Source: the human T2T-CHM13v2.0 reference genome, Homo sapiens. Taken from it: a DNA stretch of 64,000 nucleotides. How positions within the stretch are numbered: the stretch's first letter is position 1; every line of letters begins with the position of its first letter. Under the pieces are notes generated by a model, which saw only the letters and a program-made list of their open reading frames with translations, was not told the DNA's origin and searched no databases. The translations under genes and the position numbers were made by a program. This document shows, piece after piece, positions 41,601-57,900 of the stretch. Location: assembly GCF_009914755.1 (NCBI RefSeq), contig NC_060932.1. One strand, written 5' to 3'.

Positions 41601-44046
41601 ACCGTATTATTATAAGCATGCTTGCTATTCCATTTCTAATACAAGCAAAATGTAGGAAACAATAAAAACATTGCGATGAATGTGTTTAAACTGTTGACAA
41701 AACTGGATTTTGCCAACTATTCAGTAAGCACATGATGATATCAAGTAATTGGCCAAGATTTGATGGCTGCATTACAGTGGATGTGTCTCACAGTGTTAGA
41801 GTTGATGTCACACTACTAGACCATTACAGTATCACATTTCTGGTCATATGTGTGGAGAATATGTTGTACACCCAATTCTTGTAAGGGAGAAGCGAAGCTT
41901 AGAGTAAAGCATGTCATTGCAAGCATGCTTAAAACTAAAGACAAAAAAATTGGAAGAACATTGAAGCTGAATTTTTTATCTTATATGAAACAAGATAGCC
42001 TGTGTACATCCTAAAAATTATTCAGAAACTGCTGTAGGTCAGTGACTCAGTGGCTCCTATGGTATTATATAAAAATCAACATTACTGATTTTTCTGATTC
42101 TTTCAATTTGATTATTTGGTAGAGTGAACAATATGAGAGTGAAGAAGAAAGCAAGAAAAACAGCATTTTTTTAACTTTAGGAAGGTTTTATAATACAAAT
42201 TGTATGACATAGCAATCAAAACTTTTTGAAGTTCAAATAATTATTTAGGATGTTTGAGAGATGACTGATGAAATGGTGACGTGATGAGCTTTGTAGACCT
42301 TCTGTCCAATGAAGCAACCATAACTCATAAAAATTACTAAAAAAGTAAAGTCTTTGGAAATTGTTCTAAGATCTTATAATTATAAATGTGTTTGGATAAA
42401 GTACATTTATAATTAAAGAATAAATGAATAAAAATGTATTCAATAACATCTACTCTGTTTCAGTAAGCATTGCAGAAGTCTGTGGTATTTGAGTCACAAC
42501 CTGCTAACTCTCTTACTGCTCCCAGTCCAGCATGATGGAATCTCTACTCCAAGTGCATGTAGCCAATAACACGGGGATCTCTCTCCCTCTCCCTAGCTCC
42601 TGATTGAGGGCTATGTTATCTTCCTGGGAGATGCAGGTCACCAGAATTTCTCATTCCCTGTCCCAGGTCAATGTTGCAGAGGTTCTATTCCCAGAAAGAG
42701 TGGCCGAGGGACCTGGAGTTTACTTTCCCTAGTCATCCCTCATAGGGTAAAATCTCTACCCCAGGCATGGCAGCCCAAGAATACTGCAGTCCTGATTTTC
42801 CTTATCCAGTCTTGCTTGTAGGGTGGAGGCTACACAGTGGGAGAGGAGAGGAAGCTGAGAAACCCAGAGGCTGCTGCCCTAGCCTAGTGCCCTGTTCATA
42901 AGGCAGTGGTGTCATTTGAAAGAAGTAGGTTGTTGTCCCTGCCCCAAGTTTTGGAGCAGTGGTGCAGAGGTATTGCCCAGGGACAGAGAAGATCATATGA
43001 ACAGAGTGCTCCAAGCTCTCTCCAGAGGAACTGACGTTATTTGAAACAGAGTGTAGGAAAGTTCATGCCTAGATTTAAAATGTATAATAATAATAGTACA
43101 ATAGAGGTATATAGAAAAACTATTATATTTTACTGGAATTAAGTTAGTATAATCTAAAGTATATTCTTATAAATTAAAGTGTGTGTAATAATCCCTACAG
43201 CAACCACTAAGAAAATAGGAAAATGTAGTGAAGAAATTATTAGAGGAATTAAAATGTTAATTCAGTTAAGCAAAAGTGCTAATTCATTTAATGCAAAAGA
43301 AAGCAATAAAAGTGGAAGAGAGGATCAAAAAAGACATGCAATATACAGAGAACAAAATGTAAAATGACATGTAAACCCAACTAATATCAATAATAACATT
43401 AAATGTGAATGGAATAAGGAATCTAAATGTGAGTGGACTAAAAAGAGTCAGAGATTGTCATATTGCATAAATAAACAGGATCTAGCAATAAGCTGTCTAT
43501 AGGAGACATAGTATAAATTCAAAGATAAAAATAGTTTTAATATAAAAGAATATAGAAAGATATATCATTCAAACAACAACCAAAAGAAAGCCAGAATGGC
43601 TACATTAAATAGACAAAATAGACTTAGAAACAAAAAAAGTTACTAGAGATGAAGAGGGATATTTCATAATGATCAAAAAGTCAATCCATCAGAACAATAT
43701 AATAATTGTAAACCTATATATGCCCTACAACATAACTCCAAAATACATAAAGCAATATCTGATAGAATTGAAGAAAGAGACAATTTAATAATATTTGGAT
43801 ATTTCAGTATCCAACTTTCAATAATGAATAGAACAGAAGATAAAAACTATTAAGCACATATAACTAACAGACATGTATGGAACATCTCCAACAACAACAG
43901 AATATGTATTCTGTGCAGGTGCACATGAAGCATTCTCCATAATAGGCCATATGCTAAGATATAAAACAAGTCTCAATAAATTTAAAAATATTGAAATCAT
44001 ATAAGTGTGCTCTCTCACCACAGTGGAATGAACTTAGAAATCAATC

Positions 44047-44159
44047 GAGTTAATGGGTGCAGCACACCAGCATGGCACATGTATACATATGTAACTAACC
44101 TGTACATTGTGCACATGTACCCTAAAACTTAAAGTATAATAATAAAATTAAAAAAAAAA
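44047..44159 (+). mobile_element. 113-bp L1PA3-like 3' tip
   Basis: gagttaatgggtgcagcacaccagcatggc...poly(A). Perfect TSD agaaatcaatc at 44036-44046 and 44160-44170, preceded by tt (endonuclease site). Confidence 0.95.
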
Positions 44160-44344
44160 AGAAATCAATCATAGAAAGAAGTTTGGCAAATCCAAAAATA
44201 TATGGAAATTAGTGGACACACTCTTAAGTAACTGTGAGTCAAGATGAAATCACAAGGGAAGTTAGAAAATACTTTTAGATAAATGGAAATGAAGACAAAC
44301 ATACCAAATCTTATAGGATGCAGCTTAAGCAATGTCTATGAGAA

Positions 44345-45830
<1,486 letters not shown>

Positions 45831-46206
45831 TTACCTAACTTTCCACTTAAAAACACTGGAAAAAAAAGAGAATGCTAAGTCTAAAGTATAAGGAAGGAAA
45901 TAGTAAAGATTAGGGTGGAGATTAATGAAACAGAGATTAGAAAACAATAAAGAAAATCAACAAAAGTTAAGATAGAAGAAAAATCAAATTATTAAGAATG
46001 GAAGAGGGGATATCACTACTGACCTTAAAGAAATAAAAAGCATTATAAAGGATGTTATGAGAAACTGTATGCCCCCAAAATTAAATTCGTAGAATATTAG
46101 AAACTTCCAGAAACTGAACTTCACCAAAATAAAAAACTTTTGTGCTTCAAAGGATACCATAAAGAATGTGAAAACGCAATCCATAGAACGAGTGAAAAAA
46201 TATATA

Positions 46207-46318
46207 TTTTTTGTTTTGTTTTGAGATGAAGTCTTGCTCTGTCACCCAGGCTGGAGTGCAGTGGTGCAATCTTGCACCTCCGCCTCCCAGGTTCAAGCAA
46301 TTCTCCTGCCTCAGCCTG
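46207..46318 (-). mobile_element. 5'-truncated Alu right-arm fragment
   Basis: T-tail followed by gagatgaagtcttgctctgtcacccaggctggagtgcag...cctcagcct. Flanked by agtgaaaa..atat at 46191 and 46322. Confidence 0.88.
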
Positions 46319-47750
46319 TCTAGTGAAAATATTTTCAAATCATGAATCTAATAAGGGGCCTATATATAGAATATATAAAGAGCTCTTATAACTCTAATAA
46401 AAAGACAAATTACCCAATTAAAAATGATCAAAGGACCTTAATAGACATTTATCCAGGGAAGCCATACAAATGGTCAATAAGCACATGAAAAGATGCTCAA
46501 CATCATTAATCATCAGAGAAATGTAAATCAAAACCACAATGGGATACCACTTCACACCCATCAGGATGGCTATGATCAAAAAGACAGATAATAACAAGTG
46601 CTGGTGAGGACATGAAGAAGTTGGAATTCTCATATCTTGCTGATGGGTATGTAAAATGGTGCAGCCACTTTGGAAAAACAGTCTGGCAGTACCTCAAAAG
46701 GTTAAATTTAGAGTTACCATAATACCCAGCAATTCCATTCCTAGGCATTTGCCTAAGATAAATGAAAATATGCATTCACACAAAAACTGGTATGGTAATG
46801 TTCATAGCACCATTATATATTTTATGATAGCTATATTTCATATTAGTAAAAAAGGTGGAAACAACTAAAATGCTCAACTGATGAATAAAGAAGTAAAAAT
46901 GGTGTGTTTATATGATGAAATGTTATTTGGCTATAAAAAGGAATGACACATTGATAAGTGTTACAACATGAACAACCAATAAAAAACTATGCTAACTGAA
47001 AGAAGCCAGTTAGAAAGAGTACATATTTTATGATTCCATTTATATGAAATGTACAGAATAGCAAATTTATTGTAACTGAAGTAGATTTGTGGTTGCTTAG
47101 GGCTGGGGATTGGGATGGAGGGTGATTGCTAATGTATATGAAGTTTTTTTCAGGAGGAATAATGAAAATGTCCTAAACTTAGATCGTGGTAATACTTTCA
47201 CAACTGAGTGATTATACTACAAATCATTTAATTGTATGCTTTAAATGGGTGAATGGTATGATGTGTGAAATATATCTTAATAGGCTTTATTAAAAGTAAG
47301 GGAAAAGAAGGTATGGTTAGAACATCTCAGCTAAGCAGTTCTTAGCGATAACGTTAGTTTGGAAAAAGGGAAAGGCCTATGGATAATTGGAAGGGTAAAA
47401 GATAATCATAGGGAGTTCAGTGGAGGGCTGTTTCCTGGCCTTGTTATACTTCATTCAACAAAGAATCAAAGAAACATTCATTCATTCATCATTCATTCAT
47501 TTATTCATCTATTCACTATTCGTTAATTCAGCCAACATTTGTTTAGTGTCTGCCATGTACTAATACCATGCTTAGGTCAAGAGGTTTTACCTGGGCCCAA
47601 TCTTGCCTAATTGTCTAAGAAAGGGATTTGCTGTATCATAGGATTTGAGATCTGGAAGGACTTTGAGGATCTTATTGCTGTCAAATGCCTTATTTTATAG
47701 TTGGTAAAAACGTCACCAGCGGATATCTAAAGGCACATTGTGACTGACTA

Positions 47751-48122
<372 letters not shown>

Positions 48123-48639
48123 TTATTTAACATATTCATGTTTAGCTAGCTAGTACTTTGGGATTCACAGTGGAAATGACCTGGGCAAGTAGGCAAGTGG
48201 GCTTGTTACTAACTCTGGGGCTAGCTTTGCCCATGAGATTTGCTGTTACTTCTCCTAAATATGTGGATGGTGATGTTACTGCAGAGTGGTTTTTTGTTTG
48301 TTTGTTTGTTTGTTTGTTTGTGAAAAGAGAGAAAGATATTTGCCTTGCTTTTAGTCATTTTCTACACAGTCATTAGTGGAGGAAGAATTTGCAAATTGGT
48401 GTAAGGCGCATGAATACATCTGGCTCTTCATCTAGTAGCTGTGGTCCAGGTGCATAGGTCTGTAGATATTTGACCACAAAGTAGATCAACATCACATGTG
48501 TACACAACATAATGATCACTTGCGTTTTTGTATTGAATTTCATTGCCTAAAATAGACAGTTTCCATTAATTTTGGCTCTTCACTCATCCTGGTTTAGCAT
48601 ATAAACTCTTAGTAAAAGGTCAAGGGAATACTTGTTTAA

Positions 48640-49023
48640 TTCCCCATCCTATGTGACTTGGTGTGGATTAAAGACTGTCTGACTGTCTTATACTACTGAA
48701 GCTGAAAATGCTAGATTTTTGCTTTTCCAACCTATTTGCAGTAGAACACAGTCACTTCACAAATCAGTCAGTAATACCTATGTCAGAATTTAATTCAGGA
48801 TCTAGTAACTGAAAAAATAAAAAGAACCCTCTCTTTATGGCTATAGGGCCAATCAGTAGAATCTGTTTCCTCACTGGGCTCTAGAATGGGGGATTTTACA
48901 TAGCTGCTGAACTTCAGGCTCTTCTATTAATACTGTAAATTATCTGTTATCTTCTTAATTATTTCAATTTTCTTCTTAGCCAGAATTTACCCTCTGTTGC
49001 TTATGACTAAAAGCTCTAATACA
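48640..49023 (+). mobile_element. LTR33-like ERVL LTR remnant
   Basis: gaagctgaaaatgcta...ttttcca...ttgcagtaga, ending tagccaga...ctgttgctt...ctaataca. Confidence 0.45.
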
Positions 49024-49550
49024 ACACTCATAGCACACTATCTAGTTAATCTAGTCACCAGAATGAGCTGCTTTTCTGGAATGTGAAGGGTAATGATATG
49101 AAATGGAGGAGGGCACATAATAAGAGTAAAAGAGAGAAATCTACTTATAAGTCTTCAAACATATTTGTAAAAATAAAAATTTAATTTTAATAACTTAAAC
49201 TTAGTTTGGAATGAGATAATTAAAATGAATTGTATACATACATTTGTTTCTTAATGGAAAATTAAAAGGTAATACAACAAAGTGGAGAAATTTCTAAATA
49301 AATCAGAAAGATAAGGTAAAAATTAAGTTATGAAAATAAGATGGAGGTTTATTTTGAGATTTTTGCAGAAAATGTATACTATGACATCTAACACATTTGT
49401 TAGAGATGACTAGTCCTAGTGTGACTGCATAATTTGTTGCATAAATGGGGGCACTTAACGAAAGGCAACTTTCTGGTTAATTACTCTAGGACAATGGATG
49501 TTAACCTGAAGTTTTTTGAACAGGAACACACAGTTATACTAAATAGAGTG

Positions 49551-49820
49551 GGCCAGGCACGGTGGCTCACACCTGTAATCCCAGCACTTTGGGAGGCCGA
49601 GGTGGGCGATCACAAGGTCAGGAGTTCAAGACCAGCCTCATCTCTACTAAAAATACAAAAATTAGCCGGACGTGGTGGTGAGCGTCTGTAATCTCAGCTA
49701 CTCAGGAGTCTGAGGCAGGAGGATTGCTTGAACCTCGGAGGCGGAGGTTGCAGTGAGCCAAGATCATGCCATTGCACTCCAGCCTAGGCAACAAAGTGAG
49801 ACTCCATCTCAAAAAAAAAA
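49551..49820 (+). mobile_element. AluS with a ~20-bp left-arm deletion
   Basis: accagcct|catctctact lacks ggccaacatggtgaaacc. Poly(A) present; degenerate TSD aaatagagtg/aaatagtgcg. Confidence 0.93.
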
Positions 49821-49944
49821 AAATAGTGCGTAAGGGCTAATTTAATAAGCCCCTCTCTCTCTCTGTCTCATACACACACACATATGTAGATACAGTATAC
49901 ATTCAAATAAACTTGGACTTCATTCTTTCTAAAGTCCTGGCACG

Positions 49945-50322
49945 CTGCACCAGCATATGCTCAGTTATGCTGTGGGAAAGAGCAGTTCTCAAACTTCAGT
50001 GGCTTGAAAAATAAAGGTTCATACCTTAATCACACACATGTCCATTGATGGACAGCTGGGAGTTTCCTCTGTTTCTTCATCATTACTCAAGATACATGGT
50101 GGTGAAACATCCACTATCTAGAACATTCTCAATCCCTGTGGCAGAGGGAAAGGAGTATCTTGTAGCAGGAACTAATTGCTATGTCAGGAAATACTTGCAG
50201 CCCCAATTCATTGGCCAGAGGTAGTCACATGACATTACCAGGACTCCTGGAAGTGCAATCCTACTATGTGCCTGGAGTCTGGAGACCTGCAAATATTTGG
50301 TTAGCATCATTAACAGCTAGCA
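49945..50322 (-). mobile_element. Old MLT1 (J/K-like) LTR
   Basis: cagtggcttgaaaaataaagg...gtggcagagggaaag...cattggccagaggtagtcacatg...gaagtgcaatcct. Confidence 0.7.
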
Positions 50323-51849
50323 CACAGAACTTTTTTTTTAAAGACACTATCCACTATCCTTTTTTAGAAATAAACTTATTTTGGAATAGTTTTGGATTTA
50401 CAGAAAAGTTATAAAGAATGTATGACAATTTTTTAAAAATTAAAATGTGTCTTTATAATTGATAAAATAGTAATGCTCAGTTTAAAAAGATACCTGGAAG
50501 GAAAATAAAACCAGAGTATATTGTTGCCTAACCTCTCTACTTTCTGACTGTTTTAAGTGCCTACCTTCTGCCAACCAATATTGCAAATGCAGCAGTCAAT
50601 TCTAGGCTTGTCCTCTACTTGAGGGTCTACCAAGAGCTGCCTCTGCCACCTGCTAGCAGTCAAAGGAAGAATTATGTCATATTCTTAGAATGATAAGAGA
50701 CTAAAGTCACCAGGTAGCATTTGGAGTGACAGCTTTCTGTAGAACCCATAAAACTGATCCAAACACAAAAACAGGTGGGAGGTGCCAGTTACAGGAATAA
50801 ACTGTCAATCATCATCAGAATATAAGCCTTGGGTTTCCTGTTTTGTCTGAACTCTGAGGGTGTATCACTGATGCAGCAAAGGAAAGACATGGGCTGTGTT
50901 TAAAGGCATGACACGACACATGTGATCTATGCTAGTGGTACCTATTACATTTTTATCATACATATATCTTTTGGAGTACAGAAATCTGCTATTATTATGT
51001 GACGTGGGTGATTGGAATGATACTTTTGTTATTTTTTAACCCATGTGATGAGAGCAAGTATTTGAACTCTGACCAAGAGGTCAAATGGAAATTAGGGAAC
51101 TAACTATTTATCTCCCAGAACGTGAGGGCCATGATTGCACTGAAGGTGAATCACACATTTGATTCCATGAATCTAGCAATGGACTGAAAACAAAGTGGGA
51201 AACATGGCCAATTCTGTGATTTAGAGTCCAGGAGACAAAAATACACCAGATACTCAAGAGAAACAGTGACATTGCAGCTGAGACGAGAGAGAAATGCCTC
51301 TCAGGAGTTCATAAACAGAACAACAACATAATATAATGGACAGCACCCTTAGCAAATACTGTAATGAATTACATTGAGCTATTTCACATAATGCTGTTCA
51401 ATATATTCCACTGTGTCAAAACACCATTTTGTTAAAATAAATGGAATATATTTAATTAAGATAAATGGATCATTAAGGTTACCATGTAGTTTATTGTCTA
51501 AATACTTAGGCACTTGTGAGAGTAAAAGGAGATGCCTATTAACCATTTACACTCAGCCCATGGGTGTAAACCAGGTCTGTGTAAAGCAGAATGGAACTAA
51601 GTGTCACCTGTTTATAATAGACTCTGTGTCTATTATAGAAGGTGTGAATGCCTCCTTGTTTGTGAATGTCTACCAATCTTTCCAGGCAATCAACATTTCT
51701 GTGGAGCCAATCAGGCATATTGAAATTTCAGAGATCTGGAATCAACATGATCTTAATATAGAGTTTTTTCTCATTTATCTCAAACCTTCATCTTTTATTG
51801 TCTTTCATATGATCTAGCTTAATCAGGGCCACATTTAACTTTAAACGTT

Positions 51850-52900
<1,051 letters not shown>

Positions 52901-54079
52901 GAGTCATTACATTAGGAAAGTCACTTTGGGATTTAATACAATCACAAAATTACAATCGCAGTTGCTCGAAATATAACTGTTAATTTGTGGAGATGGCAGA
53001 TAATATTTTGAAAAAAGAATTAGGTTTAATTTTGCAAATTTCTTGATAGGAATTCTTCATGTGTAGAGAGATACTATATAGAAAACCATTTTAACTTAAT
53101 TGCAGGAATAACCAAATGATAAAATGGAGTGATATACACGTTATAGACTTTCTCACAGTCTTTATACACTTGGTAGATTTTCACATAGTGTTGTGAAAAT
53201 CTGTGGTAAAGGGCAGAGTGGCTAGAGGGCTTTTTAGAATAAAATAATTTCAAGGGATGGTGAAACTGTGTGTAAGAATATTCTTAAGGGTGGGGAAGAG
53301 ACAGGTGGAGAACAGGAAAGGCACTTAAGGGAGGGAGTGTAAGACTAAACTGGACACTTTGAAGGATGCTATAAAATTTTTCACCAGTCTGTTCCTTCTA
53401 GAGAATTTGTTTTTGTGTTCTATGTATCTTAAATCAAATGTGTGCCTAAGCAATTCTGTCCTCTGATTCCCACCCCTACCCACCAAAAAATGGTAGACAT
53501 GAAAGGCAGGTAAGGAAACAGAAAAGGTCTTTTTGCAGATATATATTTTTTTAAATGGCACTATGTAGTAATTAAGAGCTAAGGAGACAGAAAGACAGTA
53601 GATGAGAATAGAAGAGTACCTGTACCTACAAGGGGAAAAATGAATGCAATTCTTTATTTGATAAGAGTGAACTGAAAGAGAATATTATTTTCCTACAATA
53701 AAGCAAGCTGTTCTCTCACAGGATAAAGTGGAATTCTGACATGGATTATGGACTTCTAACTCCCATTGAGATTGCTTCTTACCAGACATGGGGAAAAGCT
53801 GCCTTTCCTGAAAGGGGAGGAGGGCACTGTCCTTTCAGACAAAGCTTGTACAAATTCCTGAACCGCAAATTTGCTAAAGTGACCGTATATATTATATTCA
53901 TAATTTAAATGATTATTTATGGTCAGATACATATTGTTAAACTTGAAAATGTTTTATTACATTACATCAAATAAAGTTTATTTGTAGCTGAAAAAAAAAT
54001 TTTTTTTTTCACTTTTAGTATGGGCCCACGATTTTTATTTTCATTCTGGAGTGTGGTGATCAACCTCAGGGTATGGTAG

Positions 54080-54330
54080 TCGTGGAGTTTTGGGAAGGGA
54101 GACGTCACCCTGGACTTGGGGAGGCCAACCAACACAAACTCACAGTAAAGCTGGCCCCTGGGTCCTCCTGACAGGGAAGAGAGTGCATGCTGCCGGCCCG
54201 GGGGATCTTGGAGCCGGCCAGCAGAATGCTTTGCCAAGGTTCACAAACTGAGATTGAATTTCGGCTGAATTTCCAGGAAATTCGAGCCAAATTGTGAAGG
54301 GACCTGGGCTGTATGGAATGTCAGGTAGGA
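54080..54330. promoter_or_regulatory. Candidate enhancer: unique GC/CpG-enriched patch with STAT (GAS), CRE-like and NFI half-site motifs
   Basis: TTCCAGGAA at 54271-54279, AGACGTCA at 54100-54107, TGCCAA at ~54232, and about 7 CpGs. Motif evidence only. Confidence 0.35.
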
Positions 54331-54869
54331 GGCATGAGGAGATCATTTACTTTAGGATTAGTTATTTGATCCCAAACTGTAAAATGGGGGGAGTCTAGAA
54401 AATATAAATTCATGGGGAACCCTCCCCAGTAAAATTCTTCTATCTGCTTTGTCAATCTAGGCTTTGTGGATCTAGGGCTTTGCAGGACATTAGCCTGTCT
54501 GTTCCCCCATATAGTCTTGAATGTAGAAAAAGCCAAGGCCCATGAGTTCACCTAGAATGAAAAGATCACCACCATTCTTTCTTTGCAATGTTCGATTGCA
54601 AAAAAAAAATTAATGTTTTTACTGAAGTAACTGTTAGAAAGTTGGAGATGGTATAGAACCCTGACTTCCTTAGTTTTCTATCATGGAGACTGAGAGAGGA
54701 ATACATTGATGCCATCTAGAAGTAACTTTAGTTTTTTTCGTTTTAGAATTTTTTGCTTACATTTTGCTAGGGCATTAGGAAATTGCATTTATTTAAAGGT
54801 TTTACAAATATGGTACACTTAAAAAAAAACTTCATGCTTCAACTCTATGTTTTAGCTATTCATGGGACA

Positions 54870-54985
54870 TAGGATGGTATACCCAGATTGAGCAACGAAG
54901 ATCTTGGCTCTAGATTCAACTTTTCCTCTGACTACAGGAGGAACTTGGGGACAAATCACTAAACTGCTATGGGCCCCAATTTCTT
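54870..54985 (+). mobile_element. MIR 5' half; the 3' half resumes at 60808-60860 after the L1
   Basis: gaagatcttggctctag...cttggggacaaatcactaaac...gggccccaatttctt, continuing as caatttggaaaatgagg..attggactagat. Confidence 0.7.
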
Positions 54986-57900
54986 TTTTTTTTTTTTTAA
55001 TTATTATTATACTTTAAGTTCTAGGGTACACGTGCACAACATGCAAGTTTGTTATATAGGTATACATGTGCCATGTTGGCTTGCTACACCTATCAACCCA
55101 TCATCTACATTAAGTATTTCTCCTAATGCTATCCCTCCCCCCAGCCCCACACCCCCCAACAGGCCCCAGTGTGTGATGTTCCCCTTCCTGTGTCCATGTG
55201 TTCTCATTGTTCAATTCCCACCTATGAGTGAGAACATGTGGTGTTTGGTTTTCTGTTCCTGTGTTAGTTTGCTGAGAATGATGGTTTCCAGCTTCATCCA
55301 TGTCCCTGCAAAGGACATGAACTCATCCTTTTTTATAACTGCATAGTCTTCCATGGTGTATATGTGCCACATTTTCTTAATGCAGTCTATCATTGATGGG
55401 CATTTGGGTTGGTTCCAAGTCTTTGCTATTGTGAATAGTGCCACAATAAACATACGTGTGCATGTATCTTTATAGTAGAATGATTTATAATCCTTTGGGT
55501 ATATACCCAGTAATGGGATGGCTGGGTCAAATGGTATTTCTAGTTCTAGATCCTTGAGGAATCACCACACTGTTTTCCACAATGGTTGAACTAATTTACA
55601 CTCCCACCAACAGTGTAAAAAGCATTCCTATTTCTCCACATGTTCTCCAGCAAATGTTGTTTCTTGACTTTTTAATGATCGCCTTTCTAACTGGCATGAG
55701 ATGGTATCTCATTGTGGTTTTGATTTGCATTTCTCTGATGACCAGTGATGATGAGCATTTTTTCATGTGTCTGTTGGCTGCATAAATGTCTTCTTTTGAG
55801 AAGTCTCTGTTCATATCCTTTGTTCACTTTTTCTTGGGGTTGTTTTTTTCTTGTAAATTTGTTTAAGTTCTTTGTAGATTCTGGATATTAGCCCTTTGTC
55901 ACATGGGTAGATTGCAAAAATTTTCTCCCATTCTGCAGGTTGCCTGTTCACTCTGATGGTAGCTTCTTTTGCTGTGCAGAAGCTCTTTAGTTTAATTAGA
56001 TCCCATTTGTCAATTTTGGCTTTTGTTGGCATTGCTTTTGGTGTTTTAGACATGAAGTCCTTGCCCATGCCTATGTCGTGAATGGTATTGCCTAGGTTTT
56101 CTTCTAGGGTTTTTATGGTTTTAGGTCTAACGTTTAAGTCTTTAATCCATCTTGAATTAATTTTGGTATAAGGTGTAAGGAAGGGATCCAGTTTCAGCTT
56201 TCTGCATATGGCTAGCCAGTTTTCCGAGCACCATTTATTAAATAGGGAATCCTTTCTCCATTGCTTGTTTTTGTCAGGTTTGTCAAAGATCAGATAGTTG
56301 TAGATGTGTGGTGTTATTTCTGAGGCCTCTGTTCTGTTGCATTGGTCTATATCTCTGTTTCGGTGCCAGTACCATGATGTTTTGGTTACTGTAGCCTTGT
56401 AGTATAGTTTGAAGTCAGGTAGCATGATGCCTCCAGCTTTGTTCTTTTTGCTTATGATCGTCTTGGCAATGCAGGCTCTTTTTTGGTTCCATGTGAGCTT
56501 TAAAGCAGTTTTTTCCAATTCTGTGAAGAAAGTCATTGGTAGCTTGATGGGGATGGCATTGAATCTATACATTACCTTGGGCAGTATGGCCGTTTTCACG
56601 ATATTGATTCTTCCTATCCATGAGCATGGAATGTTCTTCCATTTGTTTCTGTCCTCTTTTATTTCATTGAGTAGTGGTTTGTAGTTTTCCTTGAAGAGGT
56701 CCTTCACATCTCTTGTAAGTTGCATTCTTAGGTATTTTTTTTCCCTTTGTAGCAATTGCGAATGCAAGTTCACTCATGGTTTGGCTCTCTGTTTGTCTGT
56801 TATTGGTGTATAGGAATGCTTGTGATTTTTGCACATTGATTTTGTATCCTGAGACTGTGCTGAAGGTGCTTATCAGCTTAAGGAGATTTTGGTCTGAGAC
56901 AATGGGGTTTTCTAAATATACAATCATGTCATCTGCAAACAGGGACAATTTGACTTCCTCTTTTCCTAATTGAATACCCTTTCTTTCTTTCTCTTGCTTG
57001 ATTGCCCTGGCCAGAACTTGCAACACTATGTTGAATAGGAGTGGTGGGAGAGGGCATCCTTGTCTTGTGCCAGTTTTCAAAGGGAATGCCCATTGAGTAT
57101 GATATTGGCTGTGGGTCTGTCATAAATAGCTCTTATGATTTTGAGATATGTTCCATCAATACCTAGTTTATTGAGAGTTTTTAGCATGAAGGGATGTTGA
57201 ATTTTGTCGAAGGCCTTTTCTGCATCTATTGAGATAATCATGTGGTTTTTGTCACTGGTTCTGTTTAGGTGATGGATTACATTTATTGATTTGTGTACGT
57301 TGAAAGAGCCTTGCATCCCAGGGATGAAGCTGACTTGATCATGGTAGATAAGCTTTTTGATGTGCTGCTGGATTTGGTTTGCAAGTATTTTATTGAGGAT
57401 TTTTGCATTGATGTTCACCAGGGATATTGGTCTAAAATTCTCTTTTTTTGTTGTGTTTCTGCGAGGCTTTGGTATCAGGATGATGCTGGCCTCATAAAAT
57501 GAATTTGGGAGGATTCCCTCTTTTTCTATTGACTGGAATAGTTTCAGAAGGAATGGTACCAGCTCCTCTTTGTATCTCTGGTAGAATTCGGCTGTGAATC
57601 CGTCTGGTCCGGGACTTTTTTTGGTTGGTAGGCTATTAATTATTGCCTCAATTTCAGAGGCTGTTGTTGGTCTATTCAGAGATTCCACTTCTTCCTGGTT
57701 TAGTCTTGGGAGGGTGTGTGTGTCCAGGAATATATCCATTTCTTCTAGATTTTCTAGTTTATTTGTGTAGAGGTGTTTATAGTATCCTCTGATGGTAGTT
57801 TGTATTTCTGTGGGATTGGTGGTGATATCCCCTTTATCATTTTTTATTGCATCTATTTGATTCTTCTCTCTATTCTTCTTTATTAGTCTTGCTAGCAGTC

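Noticed and set aside
51413-51817. 134-aa + strand ORF in unique DNA
   Set aside because: It starts at GTG, has AT-rich composition with no domain or splice support, and is within the length range expected by chance.
53721-53910. Acceptor-like ctctcacag followed by an open frame (IKWNSDMDYGLL...)
   Set aside because: There is no convincing donor and no recognisable protein similarity.
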